Assembly (NCBI GenBank): GCA_905178155.1
Contig: CAJINV010000005.1
Location: 306,999-370,998 of the forward strand
Reading direction: 5' to 3'
Source: Amoebophrya sp. A120
Taxonomy: Eukaryota > Protista > Dinoflagellata
DNA length: 64,000 nt
Both the position numbers and the translations under genes were made by a program. Positions 12,501-24,442 of the stretch are shown here, piece after piece; the stretch's first letter is position 1; every line of letters starts with the position of its first letter. Under the pieces are notes generated by a model. It was not told where the DNA came from. It saw nothing but the letters and a program-made list of their open reading frames with translations, and ran no database searches.

Positions 12501-15274
12501 CAAAGAAGCCCATCTTTTTTTAGTACTTCTTTTTCGTGTTGCAACATGAAAACAAGTAGACGAAACAGCGATACATCAACAGCTCCGTCGAATTCCAATG
12601 TGGGCGCAGATTTCAATTTGTCATGCAGGAGGTTGGTCCGTCATGTTTCTAATTACTTTCAAAGTTGTTAAAAATACTGTAGATGGCGATGGCTTGTTTC
12701 AGATGATGAGGGAGAGGGAGAAGTAGCTCTGCGCACTTGCATAAGTTGAGCACGACGACGACAACCACCACCGCCACAGAGTTGCACACGTCGCGCACGC
12801 ACGGAACCGAGATCGAAATTCGATGTCCCAACTGTGACAGTACACTGGGCCAGCCGCTGGACTGCTGGAGCGCTTGCGATCCCGCGCAGCTCGAGTGGAG
12901 TGCGTGGTGCCCGCAGAGCTGCCTGATCGCGGACCAGGAGTTCCGCGGGGCCTGCTGCCGATTTGACCAAAACGTCAAGGCGATCGATGGGTTTGCGCCG
13001 CGGGAGTGCCAGGTCCTGGGGGCCCTGGACTTCGCGCAGAAGCCGTTCGGAGCCTCGGTGGAAAACCAGTCCGTGCTGAGTGGCATCACGCAGAGCTACC
13101 TCGACCAGGACAAGACCTACCATTCCTGCGTGGCGATCCCGAAGTGGGTGTCCGACAACCACGTGAAGGAGGGTTGCAATACCGTCTGTGCGGGCAGCTT
13201 CCCCGGCGTTTGCGCTGCGTGCACCGCGCGGCTGGAGGGCGCTGGGCTACTCGCCCCGGAAAACGAGATCATGGAAGCGGCGTGCTGTAAGAAGAACGAC
13301 CCCGGCATGGCGGCGGACAACGTGTGCCACGGCGCAACGGCGTTTCCCTACGCGGACCGGCTGGCAACTCCGGAGGCCCTGGACTACGAGTGTGTCTGGG
13401 TGCCTAAGACCACGGAAGATACTTACGCGACACCAGTGCAGACGGACCCCACCTCCACGACGGAAACACCATCGGGCGAGACGGGCGGGGGGACCGACTC
13501 CACTCCAACTCTACTCCAACACCCAGGTGGCAGTGGTAGTACAACCGCGGCCCCGATGATAGTACCAGAGGACGGAGTATCAAATGTGAAAATGTCTGGG
13601 TCTGGAAGAGTCATGCTGTTTTTGCATGACACAGGAGGTCTGGCATGGAAGCTCTAGCATCACAGGTTTCGAGAAGCTTCCGCATGACAAACCCCCCACT
13701 TTGGTGACAGAAAGTGCGCAGCTTTTGCTACCTATGCATGAGGGACTTTTCTGTGTTCTGAAATGCGCATCGCAAGTTTGTCTTCTTCCAGACCCAGACA
13801 CATTTGCAATCCATACGGAGAAGCCGACGAAGAAGCGCCAGTCGGCATGATCATCGGCGGCGCCGCGGCCATAATCATTCTCGTGCTCGCATTGATTTTC
13901 CTCGTGTTTTGCTGTTTGGCCAACCGGGACCACGACGACGACGACGACAGATATGGGAGTGTCACCAGGTAGTTCGAAATTGACAAAGTTGAAATCATTT
14001 GCAAAGCATAGATCGAAATCGACACCAGTTGGCGGACCCTCTATTTCTAAACGGCGCATGACAATAAATTTAGAACGCAACCAGAGCCTATTTGCGATGC
14101 TGCTAGGGGCAAAGAAGACTGCTGCTTTTGTCATGCTCCTTCGCACCTCCAGCACCTCTACCTGTAAAAGAAACTATCAAGCTACTTAAACAATCGCCCT
14201 CATTCGCCTTTTCTCCCATACAGATCTTTTGTGTGTTGCGTTTTCTTGTGCACTATTTTCAACTTGCTTCGCCGATTTCGAACCTGACGGTTCCATAGAG
14301 ACCGGGAGTACGCGTCCGACATTCTTGATACGTCCATAGAGCCGTCTATCAATCTGAGCGAGGACGAGAAAGAGTCCGACCTACCGTCCCACAAGCACAA
14401 GAAGCACGTGCGCAGCAAGGACCACAACAAGCACAGTCACCAAAACTCCAGCACCATGGGGGAGCCGGAAATAGGCGACTTGATGGAGTCCACGGAAGAC
14501 ATCTACGACGACACTTATAGTAAGAATAAGAAGTCCAAGACGCGGCAGAGCAGAACGAATACGCAACCAGCGGGGACGATGAATAATTCCTCGCTGGAGA
14601 AAAAGGGGCTCCAGAACAACAATTCTTCCCTCGAGAAGAAAGGACTGACCACCGGCAGTCAGCAGGAAAGCAGCACCGCCGTGCCCATGGACAAACGGGC
14701 CACGTTCGAGGCGCCCTCCTCTGCGAGGGGGACCTTCACGGGCGGCAGCGGGTTTACGGGCGGCAGCGGCTTCAACTCGCGGCAGCAGCCCAGCCAGATG
14801 ACGGACTTCGGGCAGCGGCTGTCGCAGATGCAGGTCGGCCCGGGGCACGCGGCCGAGGCGCGGAAGTCGCTGGCGCAAACCATTCTGGCGGACATCAACC
14901 AGAGTCAGAACTCCTACGCGGAAGACATGGTGAAAAGCAAAAAAGCGAAAAAGAACAAGAAGTCCAAAGACAAACAGGGGGACGGCGGGACCAGCAACTA
15001 TACCAGTAGCAACATGAGCTACTCCGACACAGACGCGTCGAATACCAGTAGCGCGAGAAGTAGGAAGAAGAAAAAGGACAAAAAGGCGCGAGCATCCCAA
15101 CGGCTGTCTCAGCTGCCCACGCGCGCGTCACAGAGTCCCGGCCGCATCGTATGCTTGGTGAATAAAGAAGCACACTGCACAAGCATAGGAGACTGTTCTT
15201 GCATCAGATTGATGATTTTGCATTTACGATTGCGTGATTGATATGGGGGGGGGTTCGACGAGAAGTACGACTAA
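9516..15274 (+). CDS. Large Cys-rich type I membrane/surface protein (about 6 exons), paralog of the gene at 632
   Basis: In-frame joins across elements at 11519, 12441, 13578, 13952 and, tentatively, 15150. Same Cys modules as the 632 gene, TM GMIIGGAAAIIILVLALIFLVFCCL, and a basic tail with RKSLAQ. Start and last exon uncertain. Confidence 0.72.
11519..11909. mobile_element. Degenerate TIR introner (TAC...ATA)
   Basis: TACGATTTGCAAAAGGGTCCTG vs CAGGGACACTTTTGCCCACGATA. Removal +5 nt gives WHLNYS-GECDG, which aligns with paralogous WEYLNGKSKCDF. Confidence 0.65.
12441..12743. mobile_element. TIR introner (singleton family)
   Basis: TATGAAAGTG...CTACTT vs AAGTAG...CACTTGCATA. TSD TGTTG/AGTTG. 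Join GIML-STTTT is in frame. Confidence 0.75.
13578..13815. mobile_element. TIR introner, family A
   Basis: Family A TIRs, perfect TSD CGGAG. Join PEDG-EADEE. The outermost GT(13577)-AG(13820) pair would frameshift. Confidence 0.93.
13952..14297. mobile_element. TIR introner, family F (degenerate)
   Basis: TATGGGAGTGTCA...TCGAAATTGACAAA resembles the 30441 element. Right end GATTTCGAACCTGACGGTTCCATA. Join DDDR-REYASD is in frame. Confidence 0.75.
15150..15243. other. Putative short non-canonical intron / eroded introner
   Basis: Begins TAT and ends ATA. Removal +5 nt gives RIGGFDEKYD-stop. The TIR is barely recognisable. Confidence 0.35.
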
Positions 15275-16640
15275 GTCAAGTTCGCCTCCGCTGTAGAAAA
15301 GCTTTCTGAAATGATGCTATATGTGGGAGTGAAGAATATGAGAAGCCTCCTCCTCTGCAGATCTGAATAAAGACACCACTTTTGTCATGGAAATGGGTCG
15401 ACGAATTCTCCCCGCGGCGGGGAGAAACTGGTGTGGCAAGGTAGATTGTCTTCATGACTTCTCACATGCTCTTGCGTGTGCTTCTTTCCTCTCCGATACC
15501 CCTCCGCCTTCATGAATATCTCGAGCCAGATCAACCAAGCAGCGAGAAAGAGTAAAAGAAATAAGTAGCGTTTATGCGATTTTTTAAAGCTCCACACAGC
15601 ACGACTTTTTGTGCCCTACGTAGCTGTTTGCGCTTTGGAAAATAGAAAGATAGATAAATAGATTATTCCATCGAATTTTTTCTCAATCATTCTCCACGCA
15701 CCCTTTTTTAGCATTACTTTAGACATTTACGCTTGTATGTTTTCCCATCTTGTTTGAGTAGTGTGCTCATGTTTTTCGGAGAAGAAATTCAAGAATTTAC
15801 GGTAGGAGAACGTGTCCTCAACCCCCAAGCTTACTATTGCTCCACCCCTTTAGACCGATAGTTTTCGTTGTCGAATTATTTGTTCAACTCGCTTTCTGTC
15901 GCGTACGCTAGAAAAAGGCAAGTAGCATCAAAACCTGTTTCCACTTCTTTGGAGGGTTGCCCAGGCCTGTTTCCGGAATGGTATTTGGACAAAGCTAGGC
16001 GTTGTTCGTCTTTAACTGGAAAATTCGAAAACTCTCGGTTTCGTAATTCGTCCACTGCCACGGAGTCTTCTTTCCTCCTGAATTACAACTCGTTTACTCG
16101 GTTTGTGTCTGCCAACATCAATTCGTGCTCTGCTCGGTTTGTTTCCTTTTGTCAGAAACAAGAAATACAAGTTGTAAGCCCCTTCGTGGTCCCGCCCAAT
16201 CTGGCCGGTCTCGGTGTATGGTCTTCACAGTATTTTACTCGTGCGCTTATTTTTGTTTTCGTACAACCCGCTTTATTAGCTTTTCGTCCCGACAGACTAC
16301 ACCAACACCGATAGATATCATTTTCGTGCTTCTGGTGGAATATCGGTCGTTCACTAGCTTCAGTGATGCTCGGTAAAAATCTGTTCGCAATTCGTTTCAA
16401 TTTCAAATAAATTACCAGTACGTTATTTTATCCCCCGTTTATCCACCTCTTGACCACTGATAGACCGGTAGCTACAGTATGATTTTGGTCAAATCTTCGC
16501 GATCACATAGTTTCCCCCGCAACGTCGTCTTCGAGAACTCTAAGTAGAACCACTCGACGTTATCGACAAAAACATTGCAATACTAGACTGTCCCATCATC
16601 GATCCCGCCTTGGCACGACTAACAAAATATTATCGCGAGA

Positions 16641-19600
16641 ATGAACACCCCAACGCCCCCACCCCCGACCAGCACCGCCGAGGGCGTGAACCAGGCGATC
16701 TATGTCGCGCTGCGGATCCGTCCGTTCGTGCCCCGCGAAGCGGGGGAGGACCGGATTTTGTTTTGCAAGAACGGGAAGTTGGAGCTGTTGAACCCGCAAC
16801 TGAAGAAGCAGAAGCAAACCTTCGACGGGTTTGACGAATTGATGGACAGCTCCGTGGACAAGCAAGACGTGTATTACTTCGATCAGCAGAAGGTGTACGA
16901 TACATTAGGGAAAAAAGTGTTCCGCACCGTGACCGACGGGTACTCCGCGGCGCTGTTTGCCTACGGGCAGACCGGCAGCGGGAAGACGACCACGGTGACG
17001 GGGCACTTAGATGTGAAGCACGACCACGGGCTGCTGCCCAGACTCCTCCAGGACCTCTTCGCGTTTCAGGAGCAGCAGGCGAAGCTGAATTTATCAACTG
17101 TAAAAATGTCTGGGTCTGGAAGAATTCATGTTTGTCATGCTTGTCTGTCATGACTCTTAAATCTGTCATGCACGTTACCCCAGAGCTCCGTTTTTCTGTG
17201 ATGCAGAAGCAGTTTGTCATGCAGAATAGGCAACACCGACATAGGAGCTCAGAAACTTGTCATGCTGAGCCAGAATCTGTGGCCTCATCATGAGACGCCA
17301 CCCAGCATCACAAGTTTCCAGACCGAGACATTTTTACATTTGATAGAATTTGAGTGAGCACAAAATCCAATGCAGCGTGTTGGAGATCTACAACGAGCGG
17401 CTCCGCGACCTGCTGATCCCGAAGGACCAGGAGATCCGGGAAAAAATCGACATCCGGTCGCACCCGAGGTTAGGGAATTACATCCCGAATTTGACCATCG
17501 AAATCGTGAAAGACTTGAACGAGGCGAACCATTGCATGGAGTTCGCGCGCTTGAATCAGACCGTCGCGTCCACGCAGATGAACGCGAAATCCAGTCGGGC
17601 ACACACCGTGTTTTCCTTCAAGATGGAGAAGGTGGTGAAGTCCATCGGGCAAGGGACAAGTGCAACGGAGATGTTGAACAGCAATTCAGCATCTACGACG
17701 ACGTCCTCTACCCTACATTTCGTCGACTTAGCCGGGCGCGAGAACGAAAAGACGACCTTGGCGCGGGGGGAGCGGCTGGTGGAATTAGGGTTCATCAACA
17801 AATCCTTATTCCACTTGTCCAACTGCATCCAAGCGCTGGGGCAATCCTCGAAGGGGAGCGGAAATTATCCGAAGATCAAGGGCACGATCGATATCGGGAA
17901 AGCGAACTACCGAAACTCGAAAATTACGATGCTGTTACAGGAAGCGCTGTCGGGAAACAGTCGGACGTTCATGGTCGGAACGCTGTCCCCCGCCGCGTCG
18001 GCGTTCGACGAAAACGCGGTGACCCTGCGGTTTGCGGCAACTTGTAAAAACATCAAAACGCTGTCGAGCAAGATTGAGGCGAAGGAATCGGACACGGTGG
18101 TGCAGCTGCAAACGGAAATTGAACGGCTAAAACAGCAGTTGGTCATCGCGCGGGAGGAACAAGACTTGGCCATACGTACTATCGGGGATTTTTGTTTTTT
18201 GGATCTTCTGCGTTTATTTCTCCAGTTTTGAAAATCGCGGTCATCTTTAATGTACGAAGGTAGACTTCTTCTTCTAGTGCAACCTCAGATTTCTAGTGCT
18301 CTACAGACAAAAATATAAAACTGCTCCATTATGTCTTCCTCTTCGCCAGCCTTGAGAATTATCTTGTATCATGATCATAAGTTCAACAGTTTTCATCTTC
18401 GAACAAAATCCCCACAGAACGGCGGGAGCCCAGCGTCCACGAGACGCCGCAGGAGGTGCAGGAGCAGCTGGAGGCGGTGCAGGCCGCGCTCGCGGAGAAG
18501 ACCAAGACGGCCCAGCAACTGTCGGAGGAAGCGGAAAGGTTGCGGAAGTACCGACACGCGATGATGATGCGACTGGGTGTCGCGAAAGTGCAGTTGCTGC
18601 ACGAAAAGGAGAAACACGAACTTTTACCGTTACTGTCCAACGAGTCTTCCGATCCGCACCAGTGCGGAAAACTGCAGTACTCGTTTACCCACTTGAAAAC
18701 TTGGTACTTCGGGGACAATTTCGACGCGGTCGTTTTAACGGCGAAGAAGAACGGCGAATACGAGGAAGCCGACACGGCGCCGACCTATTTCGCGTCCCAC
18801 GCCATCTCGTCCGAGAAGCTGCCCAATTGCGCGGAGTTGATTGGCTTTCAGACCGCCCCGGTGCTGTGCAAAGTGGTTTGCACGCAAACCCGTGACGGGC
18901 CGCAATTGCAGGTGATGAAGCTGTGCGAGGATGGGGATAACGCGGCGGTTATCCTGAGTAAAAACGTACCCACACCAGAGTCAGGATGGGGATTTTGCAA
19001 CACAAACCTAGGAGTTTTAGGACTCACGCATGACAAATTTCAGTCCGTAAAGTAGTGCAAGTTAGCAAGGAAAGCCGCGTCACAAATCGACCTTCTGATC
19101 CTGTTTACAGCATTACAAGTTCCCAAACACGATTGAAAATGCCTGTCATGGGGTTGCGCATCACAAATGTTCCTGTCATGGCAAATCTGCATGAAAACTC
19201 TGGGGTGGGGACGTTTTTACACAGGATAGCGGTGCTTTTGAATAACGAGGAATTGAAACAGAACCAGCTGTATCAAATGTAAAAATGTCTGGGTCTGGAA
19301 GGATCCAACTTGTCATGCTGATTTTGGATTCTAAAAAAATCTGCATTGCATGAGCAGCAAAGAGAGTCCAAATTTTGCAGCACGGAAAGGGCATTTGTCA
19401 TGCGGGATAGGCATCAGAAAGCCCTCTCAAAATCTGTGATGCTAGGGCATGCGTCACAGACTTGAGGAGTCATGCAAAATATGCATGACACACCCGGCAA
19501 TCTTCCAGACCCAGACATTTTTACATTTGATAAGCTGTCCAGACCGCTGCAGCAGGGGGACAAGCTACTCTTCGGCCGGAGTTTCTGCTTCCGCTGCTAC

Positions 19601-21970
19601 TTGCAAAACGCCGAGCCGACGGACGACGCACTGCACACGCCGCGAAACCGCCGGACGCAGTTCAATACCTCAGATGAAGTGCTGAACGCGTTGCAGACCT
19701 TACTACCGAAACAGGACTTCGTCAATACCTTCAAGCTCCACCACGCGAAGCAATTCGTTTCCAACATGAAGTCACTCTCCATCGATCACGAAAAGAAGAC
19801 GCGGAAGTTTCTCTACGAAGCGTGCAAACTGAAAGCCTTGGTTGAGGAGGCGAACGAGATGACCACCGCGTTGCGGCCCTCCGACGGTTTGTTTATCGAG
19901 CTGGCGCACGCGGCGCCCATTGTCTACATGGGCTACCCGGACGCGTACGTCCCGTTACCCATCGTGCGGCTGGCGCGGCGGGTCGATCAGGATTGGAAGA
20001 AGTGGCGGTTGCGGAATTCCGGGCTGCAAAAGGCGAACAATTTGCATTTGTCGGAAAACCATCTGGCCGAAATGGATTTCGAGCACCACCACCACGAGGA
20101 ACATCTGGACCAGGAGGACGAAACGCTGTTCGTGTGGAACGTGCCGAAGTTCCTGAACCGGTTGGAACTGATGCGCGACATCTACCACAGCTGGCAGCAG
20201 GGGCACGAGATCGTGGTCGATCTGAAAAACGACCCGTGGGTGGAGGCGGGGCCGGTGGAAATCGAGTTTTGGATGTCGAAGTACACGCGGGAAATGGAAA
20301 GTCAGAAGGAGGAAACGGAGCTGAAGGTGAAGCAACTGAGAAAGGAGAAGGACCAGTTGCTCGTGGAAAAAAATGAAAATGAAACGCAGAAAAAACAGCT
20401 TGAAAAACAGATCCAAGACTTGGAAGTCCAACTCTCCGCGGTGAAGGAGGTGCACGACAAGCAGGCCGAGCAGCAGACGAGCGCTTTTTCCGAGCGGGAA
20501 CTGCAATTGCGACAGGAAATCGCCCGGTTGAAGACGGAGCTGGAGCAGAAGATAACCGACATCGCGAAAATCGAGCAGGCACATATGACCTGCTCAAACG
20601 TTACAATCTCAAACGTTACAATAGAACGTGAGTTTTGTATTGCATGATGAGCATGACAGACTCGGACAGCATTCCACTTTCTGCAATACAAATTTCGCCA
20701 GATTGTAGTGCGGATTGGGACTCCAGAACTTGTCATGCGGAATCCTATGAGATTTGGCTAGGTCATGCACTTTTGCATCACAGATTTCCATACTCTATTG
20801 TAACGTTTGAGATTGTAACACCTGATCGGGTTATAGCACATCACGAGGAGCTGCTGGATTTGTCGAAGAAACAGAAATTGATGCAGGTGGAGGCGTATGC
20901 TTTGCAAACATGTCTGGGTCTGGAAGGATGCGAACTTGTGATGCCTGTTGCGGATCGTACAAAAATCTGTGTTGCGTAACTTGCAAAAGGTGCCCACTCC
21001 TGGCCATGCTGAGAGGGCATGTGTCATGCAGAACAGGCATCACCCAGGGGCTGCAGATCCTGTGATGCTAGACCCTGCATTCCAGACTTGGTGGAGCTTG
21101 GATAAACTGCATCACAAATCTCGCAATCTTCCAGACCCAGACATTTTTGCATTTGATAAGGCGGATATGGAAATCCGGAAGGTGAAAGACGAGATTAAAA
21201 CCTCGGTTGTGAGGCAGAAAGAGTTCGACGAGAAACGGTTCTCGGAAGAGAAAATGACCATGGAAAAGAAGTTTGAAATAGAACGGAAGCAACTGTACGA
21301 GCAGGGGGACGAACTGAGGCGGCAGTTGTCCGCGATGAAACAAACATCGGACGTAAAAGTTTCGCTGGAGCAGGAGAAATTGCAAACGTTGCAGAAGGAG
21401 CTGCAGGACCAAAGGGTGGCACTGTACGAGAAGATGGAAAAGGACAAGAAAATCCTGTTGCACGAGCACGAAACAATTTTGATATCCGAAAAACATAATT
21501 TCGAACGCGAAAAGACGGCCTTGCAGGCGGATTTGGATTCCCGGTTGAAAGAAACACAGGAAGATCTTGCGCGGTTGTTGGCGGAAGAGAGACAGAAAAT
21601 GGAAAGGACGATTCAGCTGGAAAGAGAGGAATTTAGTCTGCAGCTGCAGAAACAGAGGGAGCTGTATGAGCAGATGCGGCGGGACCGGGATAGGATTCAA
21701 TCCGAGCTAGAGCACGTCAGAAAGGACAAAGAAGCTTTGGAGGCATCTTTATTAGGGGATAAGGACCAGTCCGCCGCGCAGTTGAAGCGGTGCATGGAAC
21801 TGAGTCTCGCGAACCAGAAACTGCTGGACCAGTTTTTTGTCGCGAAAAAAGGAAATAACGCCAATAGCAACGAGCAACGGCCGAAGTCTCCAAGAAGTGG
21901 CGCGCCAAACATTGTGCAAATGACGGCGCCAGCGGGATCGAAGGGTAGCGCCGGCGGAGATAGGTTGTAG
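16641..21970 (+). CDS. Kinesin motor protein with FHA-like region and coiled-coil tail (kinesin-3-like), 7 exons
   Basis: Motifs VALRIRP, AYGQTGSGKT (P-loop), SVLEIYNE, NAKSSRAH, FVDLAGRE, INKSL, YRNSKITMLLQEALSGNSRT. Downstream LQQGDKLLFGRSFCFR resembles the FHA end of kinesin-3. Six introns at 17092, 18176, 18950, 19271, 20584 and 20896. Confidence 0.9.
17092..17345. mobile_element. TIR introner, family A
   Basis: Family A TIRs, perfect TSD GAATT. Removal of 259 nt joins AKLNL-SEHKIQCSVLEIYNE in the motor domain. Confidence 0.93.
18177..18416. mobile_element. Eroded TIR element, now a GT-AG intron (18176-18417)
   Basis: Subterminal inverted repeat GGGGATTTTTGTT / AACAAAATCCCC. Flanks ATACG/GAACG. 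Both the GT-AG and the +5 joins are in frame. Confidence 0.55.
18950..19228. mobile_element. TIR introner, family B
   Basis: TATCCTGAGTAAAAACGTACCCACACCAGAG ... CTCTGGGGTGGGGACGTTTTTACACAGGATA. Perfect TSD GCGGT. Confidence 0.93.
19271..19532. mobile_element. TIR introner, family A
   Basis: About 30-bp perfect TIR TATCAAATGTAAAAATGTCTGGGTCTGGAAG. Perfect TSD AGCTG. Confidence 0.95.
20584..20835. mobile_element. TIR introner, family E
   Basis: TATGACCTGCTCAAACGTTACAATCTCAAACGTTACAATAG vs CTATTGTAACGTTTGAGATTGTAACA...GGTTATA. Perfect TSD GCACA. Confidence 0.9.
20896..21158. mobile_element. TIR introner, family A
   Basis: Family A TIRs with the TATG-type end on the left. Perfect TSD AGGCG. 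Join QVEA-DMEIRK. Confidence 0.93.
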
Positions 21971-22698
21971 ATCTTGCGAAGTGCGGTCTTTTTTACTACA
22001 CTATGAGGTTGGTAGTTGCTTACAATTTCATTTCTGGATGGAGGTAGATGATGCACCAGGTTCTAGGAATATACAAGTATCGCCTGTAGAACGTGCAGGC
22101 AAAACTAAAAATCGTTGGAAAGCAAGCGCTGTGATCGAATTCGAATTGGGAATTATCTCTCATGATTTCTCGTAATATAGTCGGCAGGGCATGCCGGTAG
22201 ACGCTGTAGCTTTTTCGATTGCTGGCGCTTGTGTCAACAAAACTCGCTTCGTGTTTTTTGATTCGCCAGTCCGCCGGTTTCTGAAGAATGTTTGTTTTAA
22301 AGAGGGACTTCTGGTTATTTGTGGGTCGGGTGCAGAGAAGCTGATCAAAGCTGAGAGAAATTTTGAGCGACCCAAAAAACGAGAAACAAAATGAGCCCTC
22401 GGAGCGAAGTAGAGCAACAATCAAAATGCGGAGCAAAGAGAGTTGAAGAAAGAGAGTTGTAACTTCAAACCACTTGTTCCAAACCATGGGCATGGAGAAA
22501 GCTTTTACTTTGTTGCTGTCGTGATTTCTCTTTCAACGAAACTAGAAGGTGTCCAGAAGTGAGGTTTCAAGGATGCGACGCCGCGTGTGAAGTTGAAGCA
22601 CCGAGCCGACGAATCCTTTTTGCCTCTCGTCAGGGGACAGCACAGAGTCATTTTGTACTAGTATCGCGTACTAAACGCTGATTGAACTACAAGCAGCT

Positions 22699-23930
22699 AT
22701 GCCCTCTAATATGGCCGAAATGGACGAGCGTCTTCGCGATTCCGTGCGCGACCCGGCGGTGGACAAGTGGTTCAAGGCCAGGAAAGAGGAGCACTACAAC
22801 ACATATGGATTGCAAATATGTCTGGGTCTGGAAGAATGCAACTTGTGATGCTGAATTTGGATTCCAAAAAAATCTGCATTGCCTGAGCAGCAAAGGGAAT
22901 GCAATTTTTGCTACGCGGAGACGGCATTTGTCATGCGGAATAGGCATCGCGGAGCCCTCAAAAAATCTGTGATGCTAGGGCATGCATCACAGACATCATG
23001 GCCAATGCAAAACATGCATGACAAGTCTCAGAATCTTCCAGACCCAGACATTTTTACATTTGACAACACAACCGGCCAGGCAATTCAGACCATTGAGGGC
23101 GACCTGAAAAAATTGCAGTTGAAGGGAATGAGTACAGTTTTTGACATTTTTACTGGATCCTCGTTCGGTTTGCTGTGATAGGGGAATCAAAATTGTGCGG
23201 GAAAGTCACAAAATAGGATAATTCATGCCCTGTCATCATGAACAGTACGTCCACACTGAGAAACCCTTGTACTAAAATCATCAAGAACGGCACCCAAAAA
23301 CGTCCACTAGGTCCAGTGGAGGGTGGTCTGTCCGAGGGTCTCGATTCCCCGCGGAAAGCGGCAATGCGGCTGATGCAGGCGACGGACATCGGTGAAGGAC
23401 CGATGTTCCAGGGACCCCCGGCGCCGCAGCCCCCGCAGCAGAGGGGCGTGTTGGTACAGGTATCAAAGGCAAAAATGTCTGGGTCTGGAAGATTCCGAGA
23501 TTTGTCATGCTAGTCTGGCATGATTCTGAACTCTGTATTGCGTGGCCGCGAAGAGCTCCTCTTGCCTGTCATGCAAAAACGCAGTTTCTCATGCGGAGAC
23601 GGAGTACGCAACTCAGATTCAGAACCACGGCAAAACTTGTCATGCTGGGCAGCGCATTACAGTGTTTTCACTATTCCCTTCCTTGCATCACAAGTTTCCA
23701 GACCCAGAAATTTTTGCAGTTGATAACAGGATTCCGAAGACAAGTACGTAACTGCGGTGGGTGGCGACGGCGCGTCGCAGGAGTACGTGAAGTGCTACAA
23801 GGGCGAGCAACGAGTGAGCTGTGCGGTCTCCGATGAGGCGGCGGGGGGACGGAAAGTTTGCTCCTCTGGAGTGGGAGGTATAAGAACACGGTTTTGTGCA
23901 CGTTCGATTGTATTAAATCTGCTCGTTTAA
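22699..23930 (+). CDS. Small hypothetical protein (4 exons)
   Basis: MPSNMAEMDERLRDS... joins in frame across introner 22804, GT-AG intron 23132-23310 and introner 23461. No recognisable domain. Confidence 0.6.
22804..23065. mobile_element. TIR introner, family A (right end ACA)
   Basis: TATGGATTGCAAATATGTCTGGGTCTGGAAG ... CTTCCAGACCCAGACATTTTTACATTTGACA. Perfect TSD ACACA. Confidence 0.92.
23461..23725. mobile_element. TIR introner, family A
   Basis: Perfect TSD ACAGG. The only perfect-TSD copy whose precise excision is GT-AG (23460-23729). Confidence 0.93.
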
Positions 23931-24442
23931 CTTTAAAAGGAGCCGCTCTAGTTTGAGCTAACGTGTATTGAAGAGGATCAACATGATTGACCACCTTAGC
24001 TGTCCGGATCTGCTTGTAGTGTATCTTCTTGTGCGCCGGCGACCGCTTTCGGATGAAGATCTGATGTGAGGCTAGAAAAGAGAGATCTGATGCTGCGATC
24101 CATTCTTCTCTTCGCGCCCACGCAGCTCCTTACATGGAAGAGGTGCAGTGGGTCTTTTGAGGTGAAGGTCCGTGTGCAAGATTGTCACGCTACTGCATCG
24201 GGAAGGTTCTTCCGATTGGAGGCACATGCAATTGCGATGTCTGATAATTAAGTACTGACATTATTCAGTTAATTCTTTGCCGTGCGGCCAGATAATACAC
24301 TACTACTTGAGCAGGCCGCAAAGTTCCGAGAAGGATCAGGTCCTTACCGCTTACAAATTTTGTCCACACACGCATCACATCAACTTTCCACATCGCATGT
24401 GGAGCAAGAAGAGCATCTAGAACAAAACACTATGCGGTCAAC

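Noticed and set aside
17100-17346. Canonical donor inside the family A/B TIR (GT/GC at TIR position 9) as a general explanation
   Set aside because: An in-frame GT-AG pair is possible at some loci such as this one. However, families C and D lack that GT, and it would insert residues into the conserved TAGGEN motif at 44175. It cannot be excluded locus by locus without RNA.
17092-21158. Kinesin (and other interrupted genes) as pseudogenes disrupted by MITEs
   Set aside because: The exons between elements have no stops or frameshifts and keep their catalytic motifs, even around old eroded insertions.
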